DNA of 39,639 bases from an uncultured bacterium (GTDB lineage: Bacteria > Spirochaetota > Spirochaetia > B11-G9). The stretch's first letter is position 1. Each line of letters opens with the position of its first letter. Position numbers and translations under genes: made by a program. The DNA lies in NCBI GenBank assembly GCA_965371875.1, contig CBDVAD010000001.1:1-39639 (forward strand), given 5' to 3'. The notes below the pieces were generated by a model. That model was given only the letters and a program-made list of their open reading frames with translations. It was not told the origin of the DNA and made no database searches. Shown here piece by piece: positions 7,932-15,901 of the stretch.

Positions 7932-9335
7932 ATGAATAATAACCTATTATTAAAAGCAGTAATAAATGCTGCAATATTGGGACTTATGGTTATGCCAGCC
8001 ATTATTTCAGCTCAAAATATTACAATTACACAGCTTGATTCAAGAGAACTTCTTACATCTTCCAGGATTGACTGTTATTTGAGTATTACGGACAATCAGG
8101 GAGAACCTTTGGAAGATGTTAAGACTGATTTAATCAGGATGAAACATGAAACAGAAGAAGGTATGGATACTGTGGAAATTCTGGATATCCAAAGAAATAA
8201 TTCAGCAGAAGGGGAGATCACATTTCTTTTAGTACTGGATAATTCGGGAAGTATGTATGAACCAGTTGGAGATGGAATGGATGGGGATCGAATGGATCAT
8301 GCAATAAGAGCTGTTAAAGAGTTTCTTGGCAGTCTTGATAAACAGAATACCAGAGTTGGTTTGGCTGTTTTTAATACAAAATACATATTACTTGTTGAAC
8401 CTGACAAGAATATAAAAGCCATAGAAGAGGCTCTTGAAAGAATAGAAAAACCTGACAGTAAGAATGCGTATACCGAACTGTTCTACTCCATTAGTCAGGC
8501 TGCGATGGATATGGCACGATATCGCGGACGAAAAGCAATAGTTCTTCTTTCGGATGGAGAAAACTACCCATACTTCACTATGTCCGGAAACCTTCACCCG
8601 GATTTGGGAGAAAATCTCTATCTTCCTGACGATGGATTGGAACCTTTAAAACGGGAAGGAGTGACCCTTTATGGTATTAATTTTTCAACCGAGAAAGATA
8701 AGTCTCTGGCATCAATCAGTATTGAATCCGGCGGAACAATGTATGACGCAATCACAGATGACGAGTTGTCAGGAGTCTATGGCCGGATTAAAAACCGGAT
8801 AGAAAAGGAATACAGGGTTACTGTCAGAGCTCCTCTTGTTTTCCTCGGATCACCAAAAATCAGCGCTGAATATAAAGCTTCCGATGATACAAAAAGCTAT
8901 TATGCCAGGCCCCTTATGGGGACTCCGGAAAGAGACTACCTCTTTCTGTCACTGATGATACTGCTGCTCTCTTTCGTAATATGGGTTATTTTAATGCTGA
9001 TCCGCTTTGAAAAAACTGCAGACCATGCCGAGCTTTCAATGCTGCCTATGGGAAGGGGTAAACCTTTACAAAGAACCATAGCTCTGACATCTCAAATGAC
9101 GGTTATTGGCGGTTCAGCCCAGGCAGATTTTACTGTAGCAGGAATCCCGAGTCTGAAGGAATCTCATGCTACTATTGTGCAGGATGAAAAAGCAGGCACA
9201 TTTACACTGGTTTCCGACGAGGAAGTACGGGTCAATAACAGGATGACTAAAAACCGAAAACTAAATCCTGGTGATGTTATAAATATAGAGGGAGCAACAA
9301 TTGTTTTTGATGCACCTGAAAACAGTAAACAGTAA
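7932..9335 (+). CDS. Secreted/membrane-anchored vWA domain protein with TM helix and C-terminal cytoplasmic FHA domain
   Basis: The start is taken at MNNNLLLKAV... (signal-like), preceded by GGGAGG. MIDAS motif 'LLVLDNSGSM'. TM segment LFLSLMILLLSFVIWVILMLI. The C-terminus 'MTVIGGSAQADFTV...SHATIVQDEKAGTFTLVSDEEVRVNN' is FHA-like. Confidence 0.9.
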   Translation: MNNNLLLKAVINAAILGLMVMPAIISAQNITITQLDSRELLTSSRIDCYLSITDNQGEPLEDVKTDLIRMKHETEEGMDTVEILDIQRNNSAEGEITFLLVLDNSGSMYEPVGDGMDGDRMDHAIRAVKEFLGSLDKQNTRVGLAVFNTKYILLVEPDKNIKAIEEALERIEKPDSKNAYTELFYSISQAAMDMARYRGRKAIVLLSDGENYPYFTMSGNLHPDLGENLYLPDDGLEPLKREGVTLYGINFSTEKDKSLASISIESGGTMYDAITDDELSGVYGRIKNRIEKEYRVTVRAPLVFLGSPKISAEYKASDDTKSYYARPLMGTPERDYLFLSLMILLLSFVIWVILMLIRFEKTADHAELSMLPMGRGKPLQRTIALTSQMTVIGGSAQADFTVAGIPSLKESHATIVQDEKAGTFTLVSDEEVRVNNRMTKNRKLNPGDVINIEGATIVFDAPENSKQ

Positions 9336-9386
9336 ACAGTTATCAGTAAACAGAATTTGCTAACTGAAAAAGGGGATTGGTGAAGG

Positions 9387-9725
9387 ATGGACGAGACAAT
9401 TTACATGTCCAGTAATGTTGGCAAGAGACTCGAAAAGGTGAAAAAGGCGGAACACCATTTTCTTGTGTTTAACGGGAAGAAGATTGCTCTTGTCAGCAAA
9501 ATTATAATCGGTCGTTCCCGGTCCTGCGATGTTGTATTAAACGACGCTCTTGTTTCCCGGAAACACGCTGTTATCCAGAAGATTAAGGATGAATATTTTA
9601 TTAAGGATTTAAACAGCAAAAACGGGACCTATGTAAATAAGAAGAAAGTCCCTGATAGGCAATATATCAGGCTGGAAAAAGCGGATTCCATTAAGATTGG
9701 GAAAAACACCATACAACTGCAGTAA
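9387..9725 (+). CDS. Small stand-alone FHA domain protein
   Basis: 'IIIGRSRSCDVVLNDALVSRKHAVIQKIKDEYFIKDLNSKNGTYVNKKKV' is a canonical FHA core (G-R...S-R-x-H...N-G). Confidence 0.9.
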   Translation: MDETIYMSSNVGKRLEKVKKAEHHFLVFNGKKIALVSKIIIGRSRSCDVVLNDALVSRKHAVIQKIKDEYFIKDLNSKNGTYVNKKKVPDRQYIRLEKADSIKIGKNTIQLQ

Positions 9726-9807
9726 GCAGGTTTATGATTTGATTTCCCTTTTCCTGATTGCATAATAAGTAATAAATTTATAGAGTGGGACAATCAGGAG
9801 TGGTTTA

Positions 9808-10143
9808 GTGAATATTCAGATAATCGGAACAAAAAAAAGTAATAATACAAAAAAAGCTATTAGGTTTTTTAAGGAAAGAAATATAAAATTCCACTTTATG
9901 GATTTAAACGAGCGGGAAATTTCAGAGGGAGAGCTTTCAAATATTATGAATCGGATCTCACCTGAAGATTTAATCGATACTGAAAGCGCTGCATATAAAA
10001 AACGGGGATTTGCATATATGGAATATGACCCTGCAGAGGAAATTCTTGAGGATAACAATCTTATGCGAACCCCTGTAGTAAGAAATGGAAAAGAAGTTAC
10101 AGTTGGTTATGCAATTGAAGTCTGGAAACAGTGGATAATATAA
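9808..10143 (+). CDS. ArsC/Spx/YffB-family thioredoxin-fold protein, cysteine-free variant
   Basis: GTG start after CAGGAG. 'IQIIGTKKSNNTKKAIRFFKERNIKFHFMDL' aligns with the family N-terminus, but the usual Cys positions are replaced and the whole protein has no Cys. Confidence 0.65.
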   Translation: MNIQIIGTKKSNNTKKAIRFFKERNIKFHFMDLNEREISEGELSNIMNRISPEDLIDTESAAYKKRGFAYMEYDPAEEILEDNNLMRTPVVRNGKEVTVGYAIEVWKQWII

Positions 10144-10895
10144 AATACGCGGTATTGGGAAGTGGATCCAGCGCGAATGCATATATATTTCAGAAGGATA
10201 ATTTTTCTTTTATTATAGATAATGGATTCTCGTTAAAGGAGCTCGCAAGAAGGGCTGTAATAGCTGGTTTTGAATTATCAGATGTTAAATTTATACTTTT
10301 GACTCATACCCACAGTGACCATTTTAGTGGTGTAGGGACTCTTTCACGTAAGTATAAAATTCCTGTTGTTGTAAATCATTTGCTTGCCGATGAGGATTTT
10401 AATAAAATGAAACCCTTCAGTAGACTTGATGTTGTTCCGGGAAAAGAGTACCAGTTTGAGTCATTGAGTTTTATCCCTTTTTCAACCTCTCACGACTCCT
10501 GCTGTTCCCTGGGGTTTTATTTCTCCTTTGGGGATGAAACATTTATGCTGCTTACAGATACAGGTGTCATTACAGATGAAATGCGTAGTCTTGCAATGAA
10601 AACAGAGACAATATTTCTTGAAGCAAACTATTCTGTAGAACTACTTGAATCCGGTAATTATCCTGAATTTCTTAAAAAAAGGATTAGTTCAGATAAAGGA
10701 CATCTTTCCAATGATGATGCTATTGAATTCCTCAATACAATGGAGGATAGTGAACTGAGAATGGTATATCTTGGTCATCTATCAGGTTCAAATAATACTC
10801 CGGGACATATAATGGATGATTTGGAAAAGAAGTTAAAATGGAATGGAAACATAAAAATATGCAATAAAGGTGAAATATATGAAAGCCCTCGATGA
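10131..10895 (+). CDS. MBL-fold metallo-hydrolase
   Basis: 'AVLGSGSSANAY' and the H-x-H-x-D-H motif 'LTHTHSDHFSG', with later conserved His/Asp residues. GTG start overlapping the upstream gene. Confidence 0.85.
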   Translation: MDNIKYAVLGSGSSANAYIFQKDNFSFIIDNGFSLKELARRAVIAGFELSDVKFILLTHTHSDHFSGVGTLSRKYKIPVVVNHLLADEDFNKMKPFSRLDVVPGKEYQFESLSFIPFSTSHDSCCSLGFYFSFGDETFMLLTDTGVITDEMRSLAMKTETIFLEANYSVELLESGNYPEFLKKRISSDKGHLSNDDAIEFLNTMEDSELRMVYLGHLSGSNNTPGHIMDDLEKKLKWNGNIKICNKGEIYESPR

Positions 10896-11955
10896 TCTAC
10901 ATATAAGACAGATAAGCCCTCTTATCTCTCCAAAAGAGTTGAAAAATGAATTTACAGCAGACAGCAAGGCTTATGAGACTGTCATTCAAAGCAGGAAAAC
11001 AATAACAGAAATTCTGGAACGAAAAGATGACAGAATTATTGCTGTTGTTGGCCCCTGTTCAATTCATGATACAGTATCGGGTCTTGAATATGCAGAAAAA
11101 CTGAAAAAATTATCGAATAAAATTAGTGATGAGATATTTCCTGTTATGAGGGTTTATTTTGAAAAACCAAGAACCACAATTGGTTGGCGTGGCTTAATAA
11201 TGGATCCTGATATGGATGATTCCTATAATATTCATAAAGGGCTGCATATTTCAAGAGAACTTCTTTTGAAGCTGGCTCATATGGGACTTCCTGCCGGCTC
11301 AGAGATGCTGGATCCAATAATTCCACAATATATATCTGATCTCATATCGTGGTCTGCCATTGGTGCAAGAACAGCAGAAAGTCAAACTCACAGAAGCCTT
11401 GCAAGTGGTATGTCCATGCCTGTTGGTTTTAAAAATGGAACCGGTGGAAATTTGAACCTGGCAGTAAATGCTATTGATACGGCTCAGCATCCATCCAGTT
11501 TTATAGGAATAGACCAGGATGGAAATACTTGTATTCTAAGGACAGATGGGAACAGATCCTGTCACCTTATATTAAGAGGCGGCACATCAGGACCGAACTA
11601 CTATGAAGAGGATGTAGAAGAGTCTGTAGAGTTGATGAAAAAAGCTAATATTAAATATCCTTCAGTTATTATTGACTGCAGTCATGCTAATTCGGGAAAA
11701 AAACATACACGTCAGCGAAGAGTTTTCAGATCTGTAATTGATCAGATTATTTATGGACAAACAAACATATCAGGTATTATGCTTGAAAGTAATCTTTTTG
11801 AGGGAAATCAAAAATATTCAGGAAGCCTTGAAGAATTAAAATATGGAGTTTCTATAACCGATTCATGTATTGGATGGAAGGAAACAGAAGAAATACTCCT
11901 GTCTGCAGCGGAAGATCTAAGAGAATACAGGAAGAATAAGAAAAATATGGTGTAG
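10879..11955 (+). CDS. aroG: 3-deoxy-7-phosphoheptulonate (DAHP) synthase, class I
   Basis: 'IRQISPLISPKELK', 'VVGPCSIHD', 'KPRTTIGWRGLIMDPDMDDS' and 'IDCSHANS' are class I DAHP synthase signatures. An alternative GTG start lies at 10870. The isozyme (F/G/H) cannot be determined. Confidence 0.9.
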   Translation: MKALDDLHIRQISPLISPKELKNEFTADSKAYETVIQSRKTITEILERKDDRIIAVVGPCSIHDTVSGLEYAEKLKKLSNKISDEIFPVMRVYFEKPRTTIGWRGLIMDPDMDDSYNIHKGLHISRELLLKLAHMGLPAGSEMLDPIIPQYISDLISWSAIGARTAESQTHRSLASGMSMPVGFKNGTGGNLNLAVNAIDTAQHPSSFIGIDQDGNTCILRTDGNRSCHLILRGGTSGPNYYEEDVEESVELMKKANIKYPSVIIDCSHANSGKKHTRQRRVFRSVIDQIIYGQTNISGIMLESNLFEGNQKYSGSLEELKYGVSITDSCIGWKETEEILLSAAEDLREYRKNKKNMV

Positions 11956-11979
11956 AGACGCCCAAATTGGGCGTCTGTA
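11952..11979. repeat. GTAG-headed REP-like palindrome overlapping the aroG-like stop codon
   Basis: gTAGagacgccc-aaatt-gggcgtctgtac. The TAG stop (11953-11955) is part of the GTAG head. It shares the 10-mer GTAGAGACGC with the element at 12547. Confidence 0.65.
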
Positions 11980-11995
11980 CGAATGGAGAATGGAT

Positions 11996-12550
11996 ATGAA
12001 AAGAATTGCTCTAATTTTAGCCCATGGTTTTGAAGAGGTTGAAGCCGTTACTCCTATAGATATCCTCCGTCGGGGTGGTATTGATGTTGTTATTGCAGGT
12101 ATCGGTGATAATAAAATAATTGGTTCTCATGGAATCAGTATTGAATGTGATACTACTATCGGGCAGATAGATGCAGTTGATTTTGACGGTGTTGTAATCC
12201 CCGGAGGACTGACCGGGGCAAACAATATATCAGAATCAGAAGAAGCAGGAAGGTTCATCGAGAGTATTTATCAGAATAAAAAAATAGTGGCTGCTATCTG
12301 TGCATCCCCTTCAATTGTACTTTCTCCATTAAAAGTTCTTGATGGTAAAAAATCTACCGGATATCCGGGTTTTGAAAATGGATTTAGCGAATTTGTAGAG
12401 CTGAAAACAGATAAAGTAGTTGTTGACGGTAATATTATAACCAGTAAAGGACCAGGTACAGCAGCTGATTTTTCATTTGCTATACTGGAATATCTGGTTG
12501 GACAGGAAAAGGCAGAATCTGTAGCTAAGGCCATGTTATATAAATCGTAG
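11996..12550 (+). CDS. DJ-1/PfpI family protein
   Basis: 'ILAHGFEEVEAVTPIDILRR', nucleophile elbow 'AAICASP' and 'DGNIITSKGPGTAADF'. An alternative ATG lies at 11990. Confidence 0.9.
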   Translation: MKRIALILAHGFEEVEAVTPIDILRRGGIDVVIAGIGDNKIIGSHGISIECDTTIGQIDAVDFDGVVIPGGLTGANNISESEEAGRFIESIYQNKKIVAAICASPSIVLSPLKVLDGKKSTGYPGFENGFSEFVELKTDKVVVDGNIITSKGPGTAADFSFAILEYLVGQEKAESVAKAMLYKS

Positions 12551-12575
12551 AGACGCACGGCCGTGCGTCTCTACG
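12546..12575. repeat. 30-nt perfect GTAG-headed palindrome overlapping the DJ-1 stop codon
   Basis: cGTAGagacgcacgg|ccgtgcgtctctacg, i.e. 15+15 perfect. The TAG stop (12548-12550) lies within the GTAG head. Confidence 0.7.
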
Positions 12576-12578
12576 GTA

Positions 12579-12604
12579 TAATGGCACGATAAATCGTGCC
12601 ATTA
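12579..12604. repeat. Second palindrome between the convergent DJ-1 and ackA genes
   Basis: taatggcacga-taaa-tcgtgccatta. On the minus strand it reads GTAATGGCACG.... It probably serves as a bidirectional terminator/REP pair with 12546-12575. Confidence 0.6.
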
Positions 12605-12614
12605 CAAATCGATA

Positions 12615-13949
12615 TCAGGGAATTTTTGCTACAATATCAGCAAGTTCCGGTTTCTTTTCAATATCTGCCTTTAAACCATGGGCTCTTACCGGATTAACAT
12701 AATCTCTACTCTGGAAAGAGTAGGTGAAATTTGTATGCACATCGTACCTTCCCTCTACGAGGGCTACTGCATCCTCAGTCATTACAAGTTCTTCATCAGT
12801 CGGAATAACAAACACCCGCGTTTTTGAGCCTTCTCCGGTAATATCTGTTTCAGCATTTCTTGTTTTGGATATCATACTCTTTTCTGAATCTGTTATTATG
12901 CCGAGGTTATCGAGACCTTCCAGTACTTTAGTTCTTATCAGAGGGGCCATTTCGCCTACACCTGCGGTAAATACCAGTGCATCTACTCTTCCCAGAGCAG
13001 CAGCATACGATCCTATATACTTTTTCAGACGATACACTTCCATATCTATTGCCAGCTCAGATCTTTTATCTCCTTCAGCCGCAGCTTTCTGGATATCACG
13101 CCGGTCTGTATACTTACCTGAAATTCCAAGAACACCGCTTTTTTTATTTAAGGCCTTTTCTATTTCCGCAGCAGTTAAGTCTGTCTTATTCATTAGATAA
13201 AAAACAATGGCCGGATCGAAATCTCCGCTTCTTGTTCCCATAATAAGACCTTCAAGGGGAGTTAATCCCATGGAAGTATCAATAGAAACACCGTTTTTAA
13301 CAGCACATATACTTGCACCATTTCCAATATGACAAATTATTAAATTCAATTCTGAGGGTTGCCTGCCCAACAGTACAGCTGCTCTCTTTGATACATATAG
13401 AAAAGAAGTACCATGATAGCCGTATCTCCTGACATTGTAGTCTTTATACCACTCATACGGGAGTGCGTAGAGATAGGCTTTCTCCGGCATGGTCTGATGC
13501 CATGCTGTATCCATAATAGCACACTGCGGGACTCCGGGCAAAACTGCCATTGCTGCTTCAATCCCCTGAATATTTGCAGGATTATGCAGTGGAGCCAGAT
13601 CGGAAACCTCTTTGAAAGTCGCAAGTGCTTCATCATCAATTATCAAAGACTTGTTGAACTTCTCTCCCCCTTGAACAACTCTATGACCTACAGCCTTTAT
13701 TTCACTCATATCTTTGAGTGCGCCGACTTTTGGATCTATAATCGTTTCAATTATCAGCTGAATTGCTTCGGTATGATTCTCACAGGCCTGTTCTTTGACA
13801 TACTTTTCTTCTCCGGTCCTGTTATGTTCGATCACAGAATCATGTCCTACTCTTTCAACAATTCCACTGGCAAGGACTTCCTTTTTTTGCCAGTCGTACA
13901 CCTGATATTTTGCGGAGGAACTGCCGCAGTTGAGGGTTAAAATAATCAT
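12615..13949 (-). CDS. ackA: Acetate kinase
   Basis: '[17 protein letters not shown]', '[10 protein letters not shown]', 'LAPLHNPAN', 'RRYGYHGTS', '[10 protein letters not shown]' and '[13 protein letters not shown]'. At 444 aa it carries a ~40-aa C-terminal extension relative to typical ~400-aa enzymes. Confidence 0.95.
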   Translation of the reverse strand: MIILTLNCGSSSAKYQVYDWQKKEVLASGIVERVGHDSVIEHNRTGEEKYVKEQACENHTEAIQLIIETIIDPKVGALKDMSEIKAVGHRVVQGGEKFNKSLIIDDEALATFKEVSDLAPLHNPANIQGIEAAMAVLPGVPQCAIMDTAWHQTMPEKAYLYALPYEWYKDYNVRRYGYHGTSFLYVSKRAAVLLGRQPSELNLIICHIGNGASICAVKNGVSIDTSMGLTPLEGLIMGTRSGDFDPAIVFYLMNKTDLTAAEIEKALNKKSGVLGISGKYTDRRDIQKAAAEGDKRSELAIDMEVYRLKKYIGSYAAALGRVDALVFTAGVGEMAPLIRTKVLEGLDNLGIITDSEKSMISKTRNAETDITGEGSKTRVFVIPTDEELVMTEDAVALVEGRYDVHTNFTYSFQSRDYVNPVRAHGLKADIEKKPELADIVAKIP

Positions 13950-14060
13950 TACATCTCCTTAGGTAAAAGCTGATAATAACTTATTTTCACAGGAAGTAAA
14001 GGGAAAAGCAACAAAATAATAGGAAAGAGTTGAAATTTTCTGTTTTCCTTCATTTTCTCT

Positions 14061-14126
14061 GAAGCAGGAACACAAAATTGCCTGTTGTAGTAGTTATGAG
14101 GACTATAAAATTTACTTTATTTTTTC
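14061..14126 (+). repeat. 66-nt 5' module (upstream region + first ~10 codons), copy A
   Basis: About 89% identical (7 mismatches in 66) to 15392-15457: TGAAGCAGGAACACAAAATTGCCTGTTGTAGTAGTTATGAGGACTATAAAATTTAC.... My hand-counted coordinates here may be off by 1 nt. Confidence 0.75.
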
Positions 14127-15376
14127 TTTTATTTTATATTTGGAAATCTTTATTACTGCCTGGGAATGTAATAGGCAGCAAGCTGGAGGACAATGATTTT
14201 ATTACCAGGGTTATTCTCAAAGAAGTGAATTATTCATTTTGTTTCCTTAGCGGTATGGATATAAGGAGCTCTGATATTGATATGGACTTTTCATTTGAGT
14301 CATATTTTATTAGAGCAGGACGGTTAAAAAGAAAGGGAGTATGGAGGGAATTATTTAACCCTCTGAGTGTATCTGCGGGTTCCTATTTGTTTAGTGAATT
14401 ACCAGGCCTTGGAAAAGATTATTCATATTATACCGGAGGGATTTATGGTCTGTCCTGTGGAATCGAAAAAGGGCCAGGTCTAAGTATTCTTTTTACAGAT
14501 AATTTGTGGATTGGAGGTCACTATACAATTGGCTCAGATCCTTTTTTACTAACAGCCTTTCTTTCAACCGGTAAATATAATAATATTCCATCGACTGACT
14601 GGACAAGTGATTTTCAGATAGTCCCTGTAACAGATCCCATTCATCTTGGCATAAATACAATTCTGGATTGGAATAAATTAAAAATTGATTATCTGGGATC
14701 TCTTTCCGGAAGTAATACATACAAAGCAGGTTCTTATAACCGTATTCATATTGATTTACTATGGGAAAAATTGAGTTTTAAAGGTTTTGGCGGAATAACT
14801 TCTCCGGATTTCATTAGTTCTGATCTAAACCTGACAGAGGATAAATATTTACTCAGTTTTTGGATTGGAATTTATCCCTGTAGGCATTGGGAAACTATAC
14901 TAAAATTACAATATAGTGAAGAACATCTCCCTGTTCTTCCTGTTGCTTTTATTCCCATCTCCGGCGGCTCTTCTCTTAAAATTAAATATGATAATTCAAA
15001 GTTTATTTTTACCAGCGAACTTGGGCAGAAATTTGATTTCGACAGTAATGGAACAGAATCTGTGGCAAACAAGTTTGACACAAGGATAGGCATTTCCGGA
15101 CGACTCTCCATATTCGGCAGTATTGGGTTCACTTCAAATTTTGATAACCTCACAGAGAGACGATTTGAACTGAATGCAGGTTGGAGTAAGAGGGGTACTG
15201 ATGTAGAAATTATTTATAAATATAAGGAAGAAATCTTTGAGCCAGTAGACCAGTACAGGTTAAGACTGAAGGTTGATCAGGAATTTGGGGAGGGGTCTGT
15301 TTTCCTCAGGTTTGAGATAAAAGAAGGGTGGCTGCTGGAAGGTTTATCTGTGGGTTTTAAAACTGTTTTTTCATAG
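14096..15376 (+). CDS. Hypothetical envelope protein, probably an outer-membrane beta-barrel
   Basis: Start taken at the internal ATG (MRTIKFTLFFLLFYIW...). It has a hydrophobic N-terminus and long runs of alternating polar/hydrophobic residues rich in Gly/aromatics, and it ends ...GFKTVFS. I recognised no family motif. Confidence 0.55.
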   Translation: MRTIKFTLFFLLFYIWKSLLLPGNVIGSKLEDNDFITRVILKEVNYSFCFLSGMDIRSSDIDMDFSFESYFIRAGRLKRKGVWRELFNPLSVSAGSYLFSELPGLGKDYSYYTGGIYGLSCGIEKGPGLSILFTDNLWIGGHYTIGSDPFLLTAFLSTGKYNNIPSTDWTSDFQIVPVTDPIHLGINTILDWNKLKIDYLGSLSGSNTYKAGSYNRIHIDLLWEKLSFKGFGGITSPDFISSDLNLTEDKYLLSFWIGIYPCRHWETILKLQYSEEHLPVLPVAFIPISGGSSLKIKYDNSKFIFTSELGQKFDFDSNGTESVANKFDTRIGISGRLSIFGSIGFTSNFDNLTERRFELNAGWSKRGTDVEIIYKYKEEIFEPVDQYRLRLKVDQEFGEGSVFLRFEIKEGWLLEGLSVGFKTVFS

Positions 15377-15391
15377 TTGCTCTTTTTGCAT

Positions 15392-15457
15392 TGAAGCAGG
15401 AAATCAAATTTGCCTGTTATAGTAGTTATGGGGATTATAAAATTTATTTTATTTTTT
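15392..15457 (+). repeat. 66-nt 5' module, copy B (in front of and into the prepilin peptidase gene)
   Basis: See 14061-14126. Both copies place TATAGT/TGTAGT 6 nt before the ATG. Confidence 0.75.
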
Positions 15458-15901
15458 GCCACATTCCTGATTTTCTCAGTTCCTGCTTCTGTAATAGATA
15501 TTAAACAGAAGCGGATTCCTGACCTGATTGTTTTTCCGGCAGTAGTAGTACTATCAGCATTTCGAAAAATTAGTTTTGGTGATCCGTTAATAAGAATACT
15601 ATTGGAGATTCTGTTAGGATATTTGATTTTTATTGGAATCCGATTTTTAACAAAAGGAAAGCTTGGGATGGGAGATGTAAAGTTTGCAGCCTTAATGGGG
15701 GTCTTTATTGGATTTCCAGGTTGGTTCGTTGCTACAGGATTGGCCTCTCTTTTTGGACTTGTATTTGCAGTAATAGGTTTATTATCCGGAAGGATAGATA
15801 AAAAAACGAAGATTCCCTTTGCTCCTTTTTTAACAGCCGGAAGTATTGCTGCATTCTTTTTAAATTATGATATTTTATTAAAAATTCAGGTTTGGATATA
15901 A
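15428..15901 (+). CDS. gspO: Prepilin peptidase, short A24 form (TadV/CpaA-like size, no N-terminal methyltransferase region)
   Basis: 157 aa from ATG (MGIIKFILFF...). It contains the two catalytic Asp contexts 'KRIPDLIVFP' and 'LGMGDVKFAALMG'. Confidence 0.88.
   Translation: MGIIKFILFFATFLIFSVPASVIDIKQKRIPDLIVFPAVVVLSAFRKISFGDPLIRILLEILLGYLIFIGIRFLTKGKLGMGDVKFAALMGVFIGFPGWFVATGLASLFGLVFAVIGLLSGRIDKKTKIPFAPFLTAGSIAAFFLNYDILLKIQVWI

Noticed and set aside
9323-9353. Heptamer microrepeat CAGTAAA x2, CAGTTAT, CAGTAAA at the stop codon of the vWA-FHA gene.
   Set aside because: It is short (about 4.5 units) and imperfect. Its only evident property is that it offers TAA in several frames. That is too little to call it a slippage or phase-variation site.
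12724-13940. Plus-strand ORFs 12724-13200, 12977-13243 and 13413-13940, and minus-strand 13346-13639.
   Set aside because: They are antisense to, or out of frame within, the clearly recognisable acetate kinase gene. The products are Ser/Ile/Phe-rich with no motifs.
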